A DNA stretch of 64,000 nucleotides from Nostoc sp. (lineage in GTDB: Bacteria > Cyanobacteriota > Cyanobacteriia > Cyanobacteriales > Nostocaceae): assembly GCF_036916975.1 (NCBI RefSeq), contig NZ_JBALFF010000050.1:40633-104632 (forward strand). The letters are read 5' to 3'. The position numbers and the translations under genes are program-made. The notes below the pieces were generated by a model, which saw only the letters and a list, made by a program, of their open reading frames with translations, was not told the origin of the DNA and ran no database searches. Numbering within the stretch: the first letter of the stretch is position 1; every line of letters begins with the position of its first letter. Positions 1 to 9,338 of the stretch are shown piece by piece.

Positions 1-433
1 CGCTGGCATTTCCTATGACTAGAGGTCTGCTCGGATTGCAAGCCTGATAAAATCTTTCTAAATCTAGGAGCATAACTAATCGAGTTCACTTAAGAATAGG
101 GATGACAAAATTTACTAGCTAAATATATTGGTTTTAGGGAATTGATTTCTTAATTTAAGTACATCTCACTCAAACTACTAACTAAACTAGCAGCATTCAG
201 GATAATTTTTCATATATAAGTTATGTGTAGCACATTGCAATGCTGATATTTGATTTAAAGTAAGCAGAAATACTACTATAAGTACAAATAGCAAAAATAC
301 CCAACCTTAAATAAGGTACTCTTATGAATATTAAAAATATCCAACACAAAAAAAGGTACTGTTAAGTACAATTTTCTAGTGTTTTTGAATATAGAGCTTT
401 GTTACAGCAATTTTGAGCTTAATCTCCTTGCTA

Positions 434-571
434 AATCATGATTTTGTTGATGAAACAGATCCTTTTGTTGATGAAAATCATGATTTTGTTGATGAAACAG
501 ATCCTTTTGTTGATGAAACAGATCCTTTTGTTGATGAAAATCATGATTTTGTTGATGAAAACCATGATTTT
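434..571. repeat. 21-bp tandem repeat, about 6.5 units of two variants (AATCATGATTTTGTTGATGAA / ACAGATCCTTTTGTTGATGAA)
   Basis: Units read directly in the order a-b-a-b-b-a-a'; shared core TTTTGTTGATGAA. Confidence 0.95.
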
Positions 572-625
572 AGTAACAACAGCTTTTGAATTCAGGGTAA
601 AGACCTCTGAAAAACGGGAAGTAAT

Positions 626-1483
626 TTACAAACCCATTGAGTATAAAATAACGCGATCGTGCAGCTTGTCGGGCAAAATATGCTTCAGCACAGATCCAAT
701 TTTGGCATCTAGTCCAACAAGATAGCGTGTCTTGGGTTGCTTTGCAGTCAGCGCATGGACAACAGCCTGAGCAACAATATCCGCAGAAATTCCCCTAGAT
801 GCGATAATCTGCATTTTCTCACGGACAATATTCATCGCCTGTCCGTAGAGATTGTGTGCCGTTTGGGATAGATCCTGCTGTGCTATTTCAGATTGACTTA
901 GGGACTTTTCCCAGATTGGGGTAGCGATGGAACCAGGCTCAATAATCGAAACCGAGATTCCCCAGGGGCGTAACTCCATCCGCATTACATCGGTGAGTGC
1001 AACGAGCGCAAATTTAGAAGCATTGTAAGCGCCCAGGAACGGCGCAGGGCTTCTACCAGAAATGGAACCCATATTGACAATTCGACCCCGATCTTGGCGT
1101 AATAGACCAAGAAATGCTTGTGTCACTGCTAATTGTCCGGTAACATTAACGTGCATCTGGTGCTGAAATTCTGCGATCGCTAATAATTCCAACGGGCCTG
1201 GGACAGCAATTCCGGCATTATTCACTAACCCTAAAATCCCCGCACCACCGACTGCCTTTGTTACCTGATCAACCGCAGCTGCGATCGATTCAGCCTCAGT
1301 AACATCTAGAAAAATCGGAATCAGCCTTTGTGACCCTTTTTGTTTAAGTGTTTGAGCATCAATCTCTTGACGCACGCCAGCAAAAACAGAGAAGCCCAAC
1401 TGGTCTAAAAGCAAAGCACACGCCTGACCAATTCCTGTTGATGCTCCTGTAACCACTACTGTGCGCTGATTTCCTGCAACCAT
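626..1483 (-). CDS. Short-chain dehydrogenase/reductase (classical SDR)
   Basis: TGASTGIG NAD(P)-binding motif, NNAG, catalytic YxxxK (YNASK). Confidence 0.93.
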   Translation of the reverse strand: MVAGNQRTVVVTGASTGIGQACALLLDQLGFSVFAGVRQEIDAQTLKQKGSQRLIPIFLDVTEAESIAAAVDQVTKAVGGAGILGLVNNAGIAVPGPLELLAIAEFQHQMHVNVTGQLAVTQAFLGLLRQDRGRIVNMGSISGRSPAPFLGAYNASKFALVALTDVMRMELRPWGISVSIIEPGSIATPIWEKSLSQSEIAQQDLSQTAHNLYGQAMNIVREKMQIIASRGISADIVAQAVVHALTAKQPKTRYLVGLDAKIGSVLKHILPDKLHDRVILYSMGL

Positions 1484-1583
1484 TAACTCTCTCCGTATTA
1501 TGATGAAATTACTGAAATTACCAATTACGTTAGCGTAGCGGTAGCATTAGGGAAACGGTAGCGTTAGCAAGTCCACAAGCGTC

Positions 1584-1628
1584 ATTACGAATTACGAATT
1601 ACGAATTACGAATTACGCATTACGAATT
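1584..1628. repeat. STRR heptamer tract (ATTACGA)n
   Basis: About 6 tandem copies; typical of Nostocales intergenic DNA. Confidence 0.9.
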
Positions 1629-1632
1629 AGTA

Positions 1633-1863
1633 TCAATCTCTGCAAGTACCAGCGCGAAGACAATCTTCGGTTTGGTCGTCTCTAGCCGATATTTGCCACA
1701 AGAATTTGTCTAAGTGAGAATTTGGGCTGTAAACGACTTGAGCAGTTATTATCGCAGGCTGGTTTTCGACAATTGACACGTCGCTACTATAAGTATTGCC
1801 TAGTTGAGGATTGTATAAATACACAGGCAATGCCATCAGTCCAATGCAAATTGTGCGATTCAT
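1633..1863 (-). CDS. Small hypothetical protein (76 aa), hydrophobic N-terminus, C-terminal CxxxxxC
   Basis: ATG-started ORF in an otherwise empty gap; no recognised domain. Confidence 0.55.
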   Translation of the reverse strand: MNRTICIGLMALPVYLYNPQLGNTYSSDVSIVENQPAIITAQVVYSPNSHLDKFLWQISARDDQTEDCLRAGTCRD

Positions 1864-2276
1864 AACACCTCAGCTAAAAATTTCCGATTACGCTATGTAT
1901 GTATAGATACCATCTTAATCAACCGGATTTCCAAAACTGAGTATTGTATGATGTTGTGTCAATTTACTCAGCGCTACTAGCCGCAGAGACGTAATTTCTA
2001 AATTATCGGTTCCACTCTTTTTTTAAGTTAAACATTGCCTACAAGATGGCTTACTACTAATTTATGCAGATGCAACCCGAAAAAACAGGACAAAAAACTC
2101 ACAGCATTCAAAAACATATCTTGCTAGCTGCATTCGCCAGATAAAATAATGAAGAGTGCCAAGTCACCGAAATGCTCGATGACCGACAAAAAAAAGATAC
2201 AAGCCCATAAATAAATTTAGGGGATTGTTAATTTTGAATTTTGAATGAGTGAATTTTGAATTCGGAGCGAAGCGAC

Positions 2277-3071
2277 GTGACGCCTTCACAAGACGTAGAT
2301 ACTGTAAACGTTCCCAACATCGACTCGGAAGAATATGGCAACTCAGACACCAATCCTCTCGATGAGTTGCCAGGTGAAGTTGAAATGTCCCTTTTCGACC
2401 ACCTAGAAGAGTTGCGGCAGCGCATTTTCTATTCGCTGATTGCTGTAGCGGTGGGTATTATTGGCTGTTTCTTTGCCGTTAAGCCGATTGTCCAGCTACT
2501 TGAGGTTCCCGCACAAGGAGTCAAATTTCTCCAACTTGCCCCCGGAGAATATTTCTTTGTCTCCGTCAAAGTTGCAGCCTACACTGGCATCATACTTACT
2601 AGTCCTTTCATTCTTTACCAAATTATCCAGTTTGTGCTTCCAGGACTAACTCGCCGGGAACGCCGGATACTGGGGCCTGTGGTTTTGGGTTCGAGTGTGC
2701 TGTTTGGAGCGGGGTTAGCATTTGCCTATTTACTCCTTATCCCCGCAGCCTTGAAATTTTTCATCAGCTACGGAGCAGATGTTGTTGAACAACTTTGGTC
2801 AATTGATAAATATTTTGAATTTGTGCTGCTACTGTTATTCAGCACTGGTTTAGCATTTCAAATTCCGATCATCCAACTGTTGCTCGGTAATTTGAACATT
2901 GTCTCGTCTCAACGAATGGTTTCTGGTTGGCGTTACGTAATTATGGGAGCAGTAGTTTTAGGAGCCGTGCTTACACCTTCTACTGACCCTTTAACTCAAA
3001 GTCTTTTAGCGGGAGCAGTTTTAGGGCTTTATTTTGGTGGTGTTGGACTGGTTAAACTTACAGGTAAATAA
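2277..3071 (+). CDS. tatC: Twin-arginine translocase subunit TatC
   Basis: [22 protein letters not shown] and TPSTDP motifs, multiple TM segments; GTG start at 2277 preferred over the TTG at 2256 inside a repeat. Confidence 0.96.
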   Translation: MTPSQDVDTVNVPNIDSEEYGNSDTNPLDELPGEVEMSLFDHLEELRQRIFYSLIAVAVGIIGCFFAVKPIVQLLEVPAQGVKFLQLAPGEYFFVSVKVAAYTGIILTSPFILYQIIQFVLPGLTRRERRILGPVVLGSSVLFGAGLAFAYLLLIPAALKFFISYGADVVEQLWSIDKYFEFVLLLLFSTGLAFQIPIIQLLLGNLNIVSSQRMVSGWRYVIMGAVVLGAVLTPSTDPLTQSLLAGAVLGLYFGGVGLVKLTGK

Positions 3072-3093
3072 GGATATTCCAAAAAATTTCAAC

Positions 3094-3419
3094 TTAGTTG
3101 AGGAGTGCATTTAGTAAGATCCTAACCACTATTTCCAACTCTTCGGTAACACGATAAATGTTGATTGCTTGCTCAATATGGCGTGTCTGTCGATACAATC
3201 GGCCAAATTGCCAAACATTACCTGTTGTTACCGCTCCTAATATTTCTGTTTGAGGTCACTAAGTCGGTCTAATGCGCCAGAATATTGTGGTAAATCAAGA
3301 AATTGCCGCTCGAAGGAATAGCCAAATTCAGCAACTAAATCGTCAACCGCAAACCCTAACTCAAAGTAATTACTAAAAGTATACGAGCGATTTGGGTCTA
3401 GCAATGGTTGGCGGCTCAT
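3094..3419 (-). pseudogene. Internally deleted, frameshifted hypothetical gene
   Basis: N-part MSRQPLLDPNRSYTFSNYFEL stops at 3237; a different frame continues ILGAVTTGNVWQFGR...RILLNALLN* to 3094, a C-terminal motif I recall from a common cyanobacterial hypothetical family. Confidence 0.6.
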
Positions 3420-3519
3420 TTGAGTTTTCTCCAAATTGTCAATATCTTTTAGGAAGGTATTTTTGTATAAAAAACACTATAATTACTGAGTAAATTATTA
3501 ATGCTAATGCAATAGTGGG

Positions 3520-3828
3520 TCATAATATCCATTCCGAAGAACGTTCACCCAAATCTAAAGGAATGCTAACAGCTTTGCCGAGGCGGGGGCGATCGCGTGT
3601 TTGGAAAATAAAAGTTTGTACCTGTGTTGACCCACCCAAGGCATGAAGATAATTAGCAATGGTGTCCAGATGGTCTTGGTACTCCGCCTCGCTCAAGGGA
3701 AAAGAAGCTTGCTCGAGGTATTTCCACATGACTTGCAAAAATATCTTTCCTTGTGTCCGTCGAAACTGGACATCATAAGAATATCCCCACTTATCAAGCA
3801 ACATCTGACGTAATTCCTGTCCTGTCAT
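3520..3828 (-). CDS. DUF3067 family protein
   Basis: MTGQELRQMLLDKWGYSYDVQFRR, LQVMWKYLEQASFPLSE; usual position divergent from petC. Confidence 0.85.
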   Translation of the reverse strand: MTGQELRQMLLDKWGYSYDVQFRRTQGKIFLQVMWKYLEQASFPLSEAEYQDHLDTIANYLHALGGSTQVQTFIFQTRDRPRLGKAVSIPLDLGERSSEWIL

Positions 3829-4057
3829 AGCTTTTCTCAATCAGATTTTACATTTAGTTATGATGTTAAGTTCCGTGACTCCAGTATGATAAGGATATAA
3901 AGAAATGTAATGCTAACAGAAAAGATGCTTTTTATATCTTGGAACAAAGAAGTATGGCATCGTTGTGAGCGCTAGCATTTCGACTTAGACAAGAGTTCCT
4001 CAAGTATTAGTACTTTTGTCAAAATGCTTAACAAAATACACAAAGAGCGCGTAGACT

Positions 4058-4597
4058 ATGGCTCAATTTTCTGAATCAGCAGACGTACCCGATATGGGGC
4101 GTCGTCAGTTCATGAATCTGCTTACTTTTGGAACTGTCACCGGAGTGGCTCTCGGTGTATTGTATCCCGTTGTCAAGTACTTTATTCCACCCGCAACCGG
4201 TGGTGCTGGTGGCGGTGTAACGGCAAAAGACGAGCTAGGTAACGATGTTAGCGTCGCTAAATTTCTAGAAAACCGGAATGCAGGCGATCGCAACCTAGTC
4301 CAAGGGCTAAAGGGAGATCCTACCTATATTGTGGTAGACAGCAAAGAAGCGATCAAAGATTATGGCATTAACGCCATCTGCACCCACTTAGGTTGTGTAG
4401 TCCCCTGGAACATTGCAGAAAACAAGTTTAAGTGTCCTTGTCATGGTTCCCAGTATGACGAAACTGGTAAAGTTATTCGGGGCCCAGCACCGCTGTCTTT
4501 ACCTTTAGCCCATACCAATGTAAAAGACGACAAAATCGTTTTGACTCCTTGGACTGAAACCGACTTCCGCACCGGTGATCGAGCTTGGTGGGCTTAA
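4058..4597 (+). CDS. petC: Cytochrome b6f Rieske iron-sulfur subunit
   Basis: Tat signal RRQFMN, Rieske boxes CTHLGC and CPCHGS, upstream of petA. Confidence 0.98.
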   Translation: MAQFSESADVPDMGRRQFMNLLTFGTVTGVALGVLYPVVKYFIPPATGGAGGGVTAKDELGNDVSVAKFLENRNAGDRNLVQGLKGDPTYIVVDSKEAIKDYGINAICTHLGCVVPWNIAENKFKCPCHGSQYDETGKVIRGPAPLSLPLAHTNVKDDKIVLTPWTETDFRTGDRAWWA

Positions 4598-4686
4598 ATC
4601 AGTGCTGAGTTATGAGTGCTAAGTTCTGAGTCAGGGAGTAAGGAAGCAGAGGATCAGAGGGGCAAAAGAGCAGAGGAGATAATAGT

Positions 4687-4780
4687 AACTCCAAACTCCT
4701 AACTCCTAACTCCTAACTCCAAACTCATAACTCCTAACTCATAACTCCTAACTCATAATGACCAATGACCAATGACTAAT
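4687..4780. repeat. STRR heptamer tract (AACTCCT/AACTCAT, then ATGACCA)
   Basis: Tandem heptamers between petC and petA. Confidence 0.9.
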
Positions 4781-4802
4781 TCAATCGTTGCCCTTATTAG
4801 AG

Positions 4803-5804
4803 ATGAGAAATGTTTTCTTCAGAGCGAGGTTAACTCGCAGCGCTAGAGCGATCGTCAAAACATTGCTCATAGCGATCGCTACTGTGACATTTTACTTCAC
4901 CAGCGATCTAGCCCTTCCCCAATCAGCTGCCGCCTATCCCTTTTGGGCACAGCAAACCTATCCCGAAACCCCCCGCGAACCAACCGGGCGGATTGTTTGT
5001 GCCAACTGTCACCTAGCAGCCAAACCGGCAGAAGTGGAAGTTCCCCAATCGGTGCTACCTGACACTGTATTCAAAGCTGTGGTGAAAATTCCCTACGATC
5101 TCGCCGCCCAGCAAGTTGGTGCCGATGGTTCTAAGGTTGGCTTGAATGTCGGCGCTGTACTGATGCTACCTGAAGGCTTTAAGATTGCTCCCGAAGATCG
5201 TCTTTCTGAAGAACTTAAAAAAGAAGTTGGCGACACTCCCTTCCAATCCTACAGCGAAGACAAAGAAAACGTCGTCATCGTTGGGCCTTTACCAGGTGAA
5301 CAGTATCAGGAAATCGTCTTCCCTGTTCTTTCTCCAAACCCCGCAACCGATAAAAACATCCACTTCGGTAAATATTCAGTTCACTTAGGTGCTAACCGGG
5401 GACGCGGACAAGTTTATCCCACTGGCGAAAAGAGCAACAACACTGTTTACAATGCTTCCGCTACTGGCACAATTACCAAGATTGCCAAAGAGGAAGATGG
5501 AGACGGTAACGTTAAATATCTAGTCAACATCCAACCTGAATCTGGTGATGTTGTCGTTGATACGATTCCTTTAGGGCCAGAATTGCTCGTTTCTGAAGGG
5601 CAAGCAGTTAAGACTGGTGATGCTTTGACCGGCAACCCGAATGTCGGCGGCTTCGGTCAACAAGATGCAGAAATCGTATTGCAAGACGCTTCTAGAGTTC
5701 AATGGATGATTGCATTCATCGCTCTTGTAATGTTAGCTCAAGTTATGCTTGTGCTGAAGAAGAAGCAGGTTGAAAAAGTTCAAGCTGCTGAGATGAATTT
5801 CTAA
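4803..5804 (+). CDS. petA: Apocytochrome f
   Basis: YPFWAQQ mature N-terminus, heme motif CANCH, C-terminal TM and [15 protein letters not shown]. Confidence 0.98.
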   Translation: MRNVFFRARLTRSARAIVKTLLIAIATVTFYFTSDLALPQSAAAYPFWAQQTYPETPREPTGRIVCANCHLAAKPAEVEVPQSVLPDTVFKAVVKIPYDLAAQQVGADGSKVGLNVGAVLMLPEGFKIAPEDRLSEELKKEVGDTPFQSYSEDKENVVIVGPLPGEQYQEIVFPVLSPNPATDKNIHFGKYSVHLGANRGRGQVYPTGEKSNNTVYNASATGTITKIAKEEDGDGNVKYLVNIQPESGDVVVDTIPLGPELLVSEGQAVKTGDALTGNPNVGGFGQQDAEIVLQDASRVQWMIAFIALVMLAQVMLVLKKKQVEKVQAAEMNF

Positions 5805-5830
5805 ATTCTCTGCTAAATTATTACTTGTAG

Positions 5831-5855
5831 GACAGGCATCTTGCCTGTCTTTTTT
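5831..5855 (+). terminator. Intrinsic terminator after petA
   Basis: GACAGGC-atctt-GCCTGTC hairpin followed by T6. Confidence 0.75.
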
Positions 5856-5919
5856 AATGTTATACCAATTCACGAAAATCCTGATATATATAGATTTATC
5901 GTAGAGGTCAGGCATTGCC

Positions 5920-6128
5920 CATTGGTGTCAACTTAACGTAAACGTCATGTCCAGCAAGGAACTGAAGTTCCTTGCTAATAGCAAAAGTCATCTGAAGATG
6001 ACTAAATATATACCCAAAAATCTTTAGTCTACTTGAGTAGACTTTAGCTAAAAGCCAAAGAACTTTAGTTCCAGGCGGGTGAGTCAGCCAACAGTGAAGC
6101 TATTTCTTCTCTTTAGTTGACACCAATG
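5920..6128. mobile_element. MITE with TIR CATTGGTGTCAACT and 9-bp target duplication GGCATTGCC, carrying a nested multi-palindrome repeat
   Basis: Inverted ends at 5920 and 6128; GGCATTGCC at 5911-5919 and 6129-6137; internal palindromes GAACTGAAGTTC, AGTCATCTGAAGATGACT and AGTCTACTTGAGTAGACT. Confidence 0.8.
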
Positions 6129-6201
6129 GGCATTGCCATGCCCCTACCAGCGTATTTGTATCATTATTAAAATGAAACGGTATTAACTGCTAGTAAACTT
6201 T

Positions 6202-6552
6202 ATGAACTCAATCATGGTTATTCATCCCTATAAGTTCGGCGAGATGTGGGTGTTTGACGATGACAATGTAGGTCTAGATCGAGAGCCTTTCGTGGCAGGT
6301 GCGGACGAAATTATTGAAAGAATGGTGGCACAGATTCCAGATGCAAAGTCAGGGTTCAGTTTGGTATTTTCTGCGTCTCCCTTTCCTGGCTATCAACTCA
6401 AGTTTGACTGGCAGCGTGAAGAATATGGAGGTAACTGGTATTACAGTCCAGATTTAGATCGGGAAGGATGGCTTTGCCCTGCTCTATTTAAGTATTTCGA
6501 TGAGGCTCCTAAAGAATTTTACGCTCAATTCAAAGCGAAAATAAAACCATAA
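6202..6552 (+). CDS. Hypothetical protein, DUF6717-like
   Basis: IHPYK..WVFDD...L..EPFV.GAD..I and GWLCPAL.KYF pattern recalled for this family. Confidence 0.7.
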   Translation: MNSIMVIHPYKFGEMWVFDDDNVGLDREPFVAGADEIIERMVAQIPDAKSGFSLVFSASPFPGYQLKFDWQREEYGGNWYYSPDLDREGWLCPALFKYFDEAPKEFYAQFKAKIKP

Positions 6553-6700
6553 TCTTGATGAAGATGACGGCATTATGATGAAACTTTTCCTTGACTTTTT
6601 GATCAAGGATGCTATGCAAAACCCTTATAAGCTAATTCCTTATACTCAAGAAATGAGCGATGAAATGGATGATTTACTAGCTGATATAATTATAGATTAA
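6545..6700 (+). pseudogene. C-terminal remnant of a PrlF-like antitoxin
   Basis: Own translation DEDDGIMMKLFLDFLIKDAMQNPYKLIPYTQEMSDEMDDLLADIIID*; N-terminal AbrB-like part absent; TAATG overlap into a 7-codon stub. Confidence 0.55.
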
Positions 6701-7203
6701 TGCCTTTTTTATCAATTCATTAGATGAGGTAATCTAACAATTCTGTAAGCAGGGCAAACGCATCTTGTCAACAAGAGCCTCTAAATGACTTGCTACCGTA
6801 AATCAAGTCTTCCAGCTTATATCTAGCTCAAGCTGTAATTTAATTACCAAAAATCTAACTCAAGCTGTAATTTAATTCCCAAATGAAGCGCCCAATATTT
6901 CTCATCAGATGCTCAATAAAAACGATGTCTACGACTGGCTACGCCTACGCGATTTGGAACTTATCGTAATTCCTTAGCCTCCCAGTCATAGCGATCGGAT
7001 TTTGAGCAATATTATTGAATCTAGGCCGAGGTTGGGTTGAGGAACGAAACCCAACATGAGCAAGACTTTGTTGTGTAACGCTTACGTTCTACCCAACCTA
7101 CTATTCTATGTTTTGGCTATTTACCTTCCTCATCAATACCATGCGGAGTTCTTAAAAAGATTTTGATAATTTAGTTACTAATTTTGTGAACATCCAGAAT
7201 TTA

Positions 7204-7264
7204 TTGACAAATATCTTTTATAAAAAGTACTATATAAAATATATTGGTTTGTAACTAAGTTACA
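7204..7264 (+). promoter_or_regulatory. Candidate sigma70 promoter with downstream palindromic operator
   Basis: TTGACA(7204)-N18-TACTAT(7228); palindrome TGTAAC-TAA-GTTACA at 7250-7264. Confidence 0.45.
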
Positions 7265-7666
7265 GAAAAACCGATAAAAGACAAATGAATAAATAGCGTT
7301 ATATTATAACACAAAAAAACCGTTTTTAATTAATATTTTATATTGATAATAATGGTTTATTTTACTTGCTTTTAGAGCCTATTGCTGCTAGACTAATTAG
7401 CATCAGTGGACTGTTTGAGTAAATATTTTTTGGCTAATTGATTTTCAACCATTAAGTATATGGTTATGGCAGCTAAACCTATTAAGGTAGTCTGCATATA
7501 AAGCCATATTTACTTCCTTGGTTTATCCTCAATTTGCAAGCACCAAGCATATTTTATAAAGTGGGATATCCCAGGTTTATTATTTCTGATAAAAAATAAA
7601 GCAAAAAAATGCTCCTGGTGTTGGTATTCCAAGCAGTCCAGAAGCCATTAAATAATAGATAAAACC

Positions 7667-7999
7667 ATGATACAATACCCCCAACCTTTTGCTACACGAT
7701 TGCAGCAAAAAGAGAATCATGCCCAAATTGAAAAAGCCATCCTGAAAATTCCAAAAGTACTGGAAGAAAATAAGAGACTGAAGATTTGGTTGAGGGTTTT
7801 GCAAAACGCTCAACCTGCACTACAGCAATTTCTATTACAACAAAGCCAGTTACTGCGTTTTGACCGACTAGAGGCTGTAATTTCTGTTCCTGAAGGCTAT
7901 CGACCACAGGAAAAGGAAAAGTCCCTCTCGATAGAGGCGGTTTTCGGGAAGGTTGGTCATCCCGCAAAAGTTCGCTTTATATTCAAGCCAAATCCCTAA
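7667..7999 (+). CDS. Hypothetical protein resembling the C-terminal domain of cyanobacterial DnaX (tau) or a DnaA N-terminal-like fold
   Basis: W..VL.N.QP..Q..L.QQSQLL.FD...A.I.V...K...IEA.F.KV pattern; followed by a terminator. Confidence 0.55.
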   Translation: MIQYPQPFATRLQQKENHAQIEKAILKIPKVLEENKRLKIWLRVLQNAQPALQQFLLQQSQLLRFDRLEAVISVPEGYRPQEKEKSLSIEAVFGKVGHPAKVRFIFKPNP

Positions 8000-8030
8000 A
8001 TTGATTAATGCGATATATACTTTAGTTCCA

Positions 8031-8056
8031 GAGGGTGAGCAATACACCCTCTTTTT
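8031..8056 (+). terminator. Intrinsic terminator after ORF 7667-7999
   Basis: GAGGGTG-agcaata-CACCCTC followed by T5. Confidence 0.7.
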
Positions 8057-8127
8057 GATGTGCAGTACCTACAACTTAAAACAAGGTTAAATTAAATCTA
8101 GCCCTGGTTGAGTTGAGGTATCCGACC

Positions 8128-8814
8128 ATGACAGCCTCAGTAGAGTATATCCCCATTACGCCGATTGAGTACCCAGATGAGGATGGTAAGCCGATGGCTG
8201 AAGGAGATATCCAGTTCAGTTACTTGGCTTATGCAATAAATGCGCTACGGATTTATTTTCAAAATCACCCAGATGTATATGTGGCTGGTAATCTATTTAT
8301 TTACTACGAAAAAGGTTATCCAGAATCAGTCGTAGCCCCAGATGTATTTGTGGTGTTTGGAGTGGAAAACCGTGACAGACGCTCTTACAAAACCTGGGAA
8401 GAAAATAATCAAACTCCAGATTTTATCCTAGAGATTACCTCAAAAAGCACCCGCAGCAAAGACCAAGGTGCAAAGAAAGGAATTTATGCCTTTCTAGGAG
8501 TGCGTGAATATTTCCAATATGACCCCACGGGCGATTATCTCAATCCCCAACTCCAGGGTTTACACTTGGTCGATGGGAATTATTTTCCAGTAGCAGCCAA
8601 TACCCTGGCAGATGGTATAGTATCTCTACCCACTGAAGTTTTAGGGCTAGAGTTACGCCTGGAAGCAGGAAAACTACGTTTTTACAATCCAGCTACGGGT
8701 CAAATACTGCTAACTCATGAAGAGGAAGTAACAGCACGACAAACCGCAGAAGAGAAAACGCAAAGATTAGCTGCTAAACTTCGAGAATTAAATATCGATC
8801 CAGATAGCCTTTAG
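8128..8814 (+). CDS. Uma2 family (PD-(D/E)XK) endonuclease-fold protein
   Basis: YPDEDGKPMAE, VAPDVFVV, PDFILEITS, GVREYFQYDP motifs. Confidence 0.9.
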   Translation: MTASVEYIPITPIEYPDEDGKPMAEGDIQFSYLAYAINALRIYFQNHPDVYVAGNLFIYYEKGYPESVVAPDVFVVFGVENRDRRSYKTWEENNQTPDFILEITSKSTRSKDQGAKKGIYAFLGVREYFQYDPTGDYLNPQLQGLHLVDGNYFPVAANTLADGIVSLPTEVLGLELRLEAGKLRFYNPATGQILLTHEEEVTARQTAEEKTQRLAAKLRELNIDPDSL

Positions 8815-8896
8815 CTAAATCCGGTAGTGTTAATAAAATAATCGGGTGAGTATGATTTACCCACCCTAATTATGCTTACTGAATTAGACAATAATC

Positions 8897-9094
8897 TCAA
8901 AGTTCTCCATTAATCTTACGCCTGATGATTTCCATCTGAGCTTGCATATCAGCTTCTGTCACAGGCATAGGATAGCCTTTAGAATTAGGGTCACGTTTGC
9001 TCATTAAAAAACGTAGAGCCTCAATGTCTTCGCGGTTTTCCACGACGTAAGCTCTCAATTCTGTAAAACTCATTTGCTCATAATTCTGGTTCAT
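8897..9094 (-). CDS. DUF6887-like small protein
   Basis: MNQNYEQMSFTELRAYVVENRED.EAL pattern; ATG at 9094 overlaps the upstream partner. Confidence 0.7.
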   Translation of the reverse strand: MNQNYEQMSFTELRAYVVENREDIEALRFLMSKRDPNSKGYPMPVTEADMQAQMEIIRRKINGEL

Positions 9095-9269
9095 TGACAA
9101 AATCCCAGATTCCATTACTTAGTACAATGACTTGGAGTTCATCTCCAGCTAGGATGTAAACTTGCCCTGTTTTGTCGTCAAATCGAAATAAGCGGATGTC
9201 TTTATACAGATTTGACAGCATTTGACAAACCCGTATACAGGCTAAGGCTTGCTCTGTTGTTGGTAAAAT
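9078..9269 (-). CDS. DUF6888-like small protein (absent from ORF track; non-ATG start)
   Basis: Own translation ILPTTEQALACIRVCQMLSNLYKDIRLFRFDDKTGQVYILAGDELQVIVLSNGIWDFVNEPEL*; GAGGAG 5 nt upstream of ATT at 9269. Confidence 0.65.
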   Translation of the reverse strand: MLPTTEQALACIRVCQMLSNLYKDIRLFRFDDKTGQVYILAGDELQVIVLSNGIWDFVNEPEL

Positions 9270-9338
9270 AAACGCTCCTCACTACTAATATAAGGTGGGC
9301 ATTGCCCACCTTACTACTGTTGATTATTTTTCGTGAGA

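Noticed and set aside
434-571. CRISPR-like array
   Set aside because: There are no unique spacers, the units are contiguous, and no cas genes are present. The other repeat tracts are 7- or 9-bp STRRs.
438-725. 95-aa ORF MILLMKQILLLMK...
   Set aside because: It is a translation of the 21-bp repeat plus the antisense of the SDR gene; no independent coding evidence.
7250-7264. NtcA box
   Set aside because: The spacing is GTA-N7-TAC, not the canonical N8; kept only as an unassigned palindrome.
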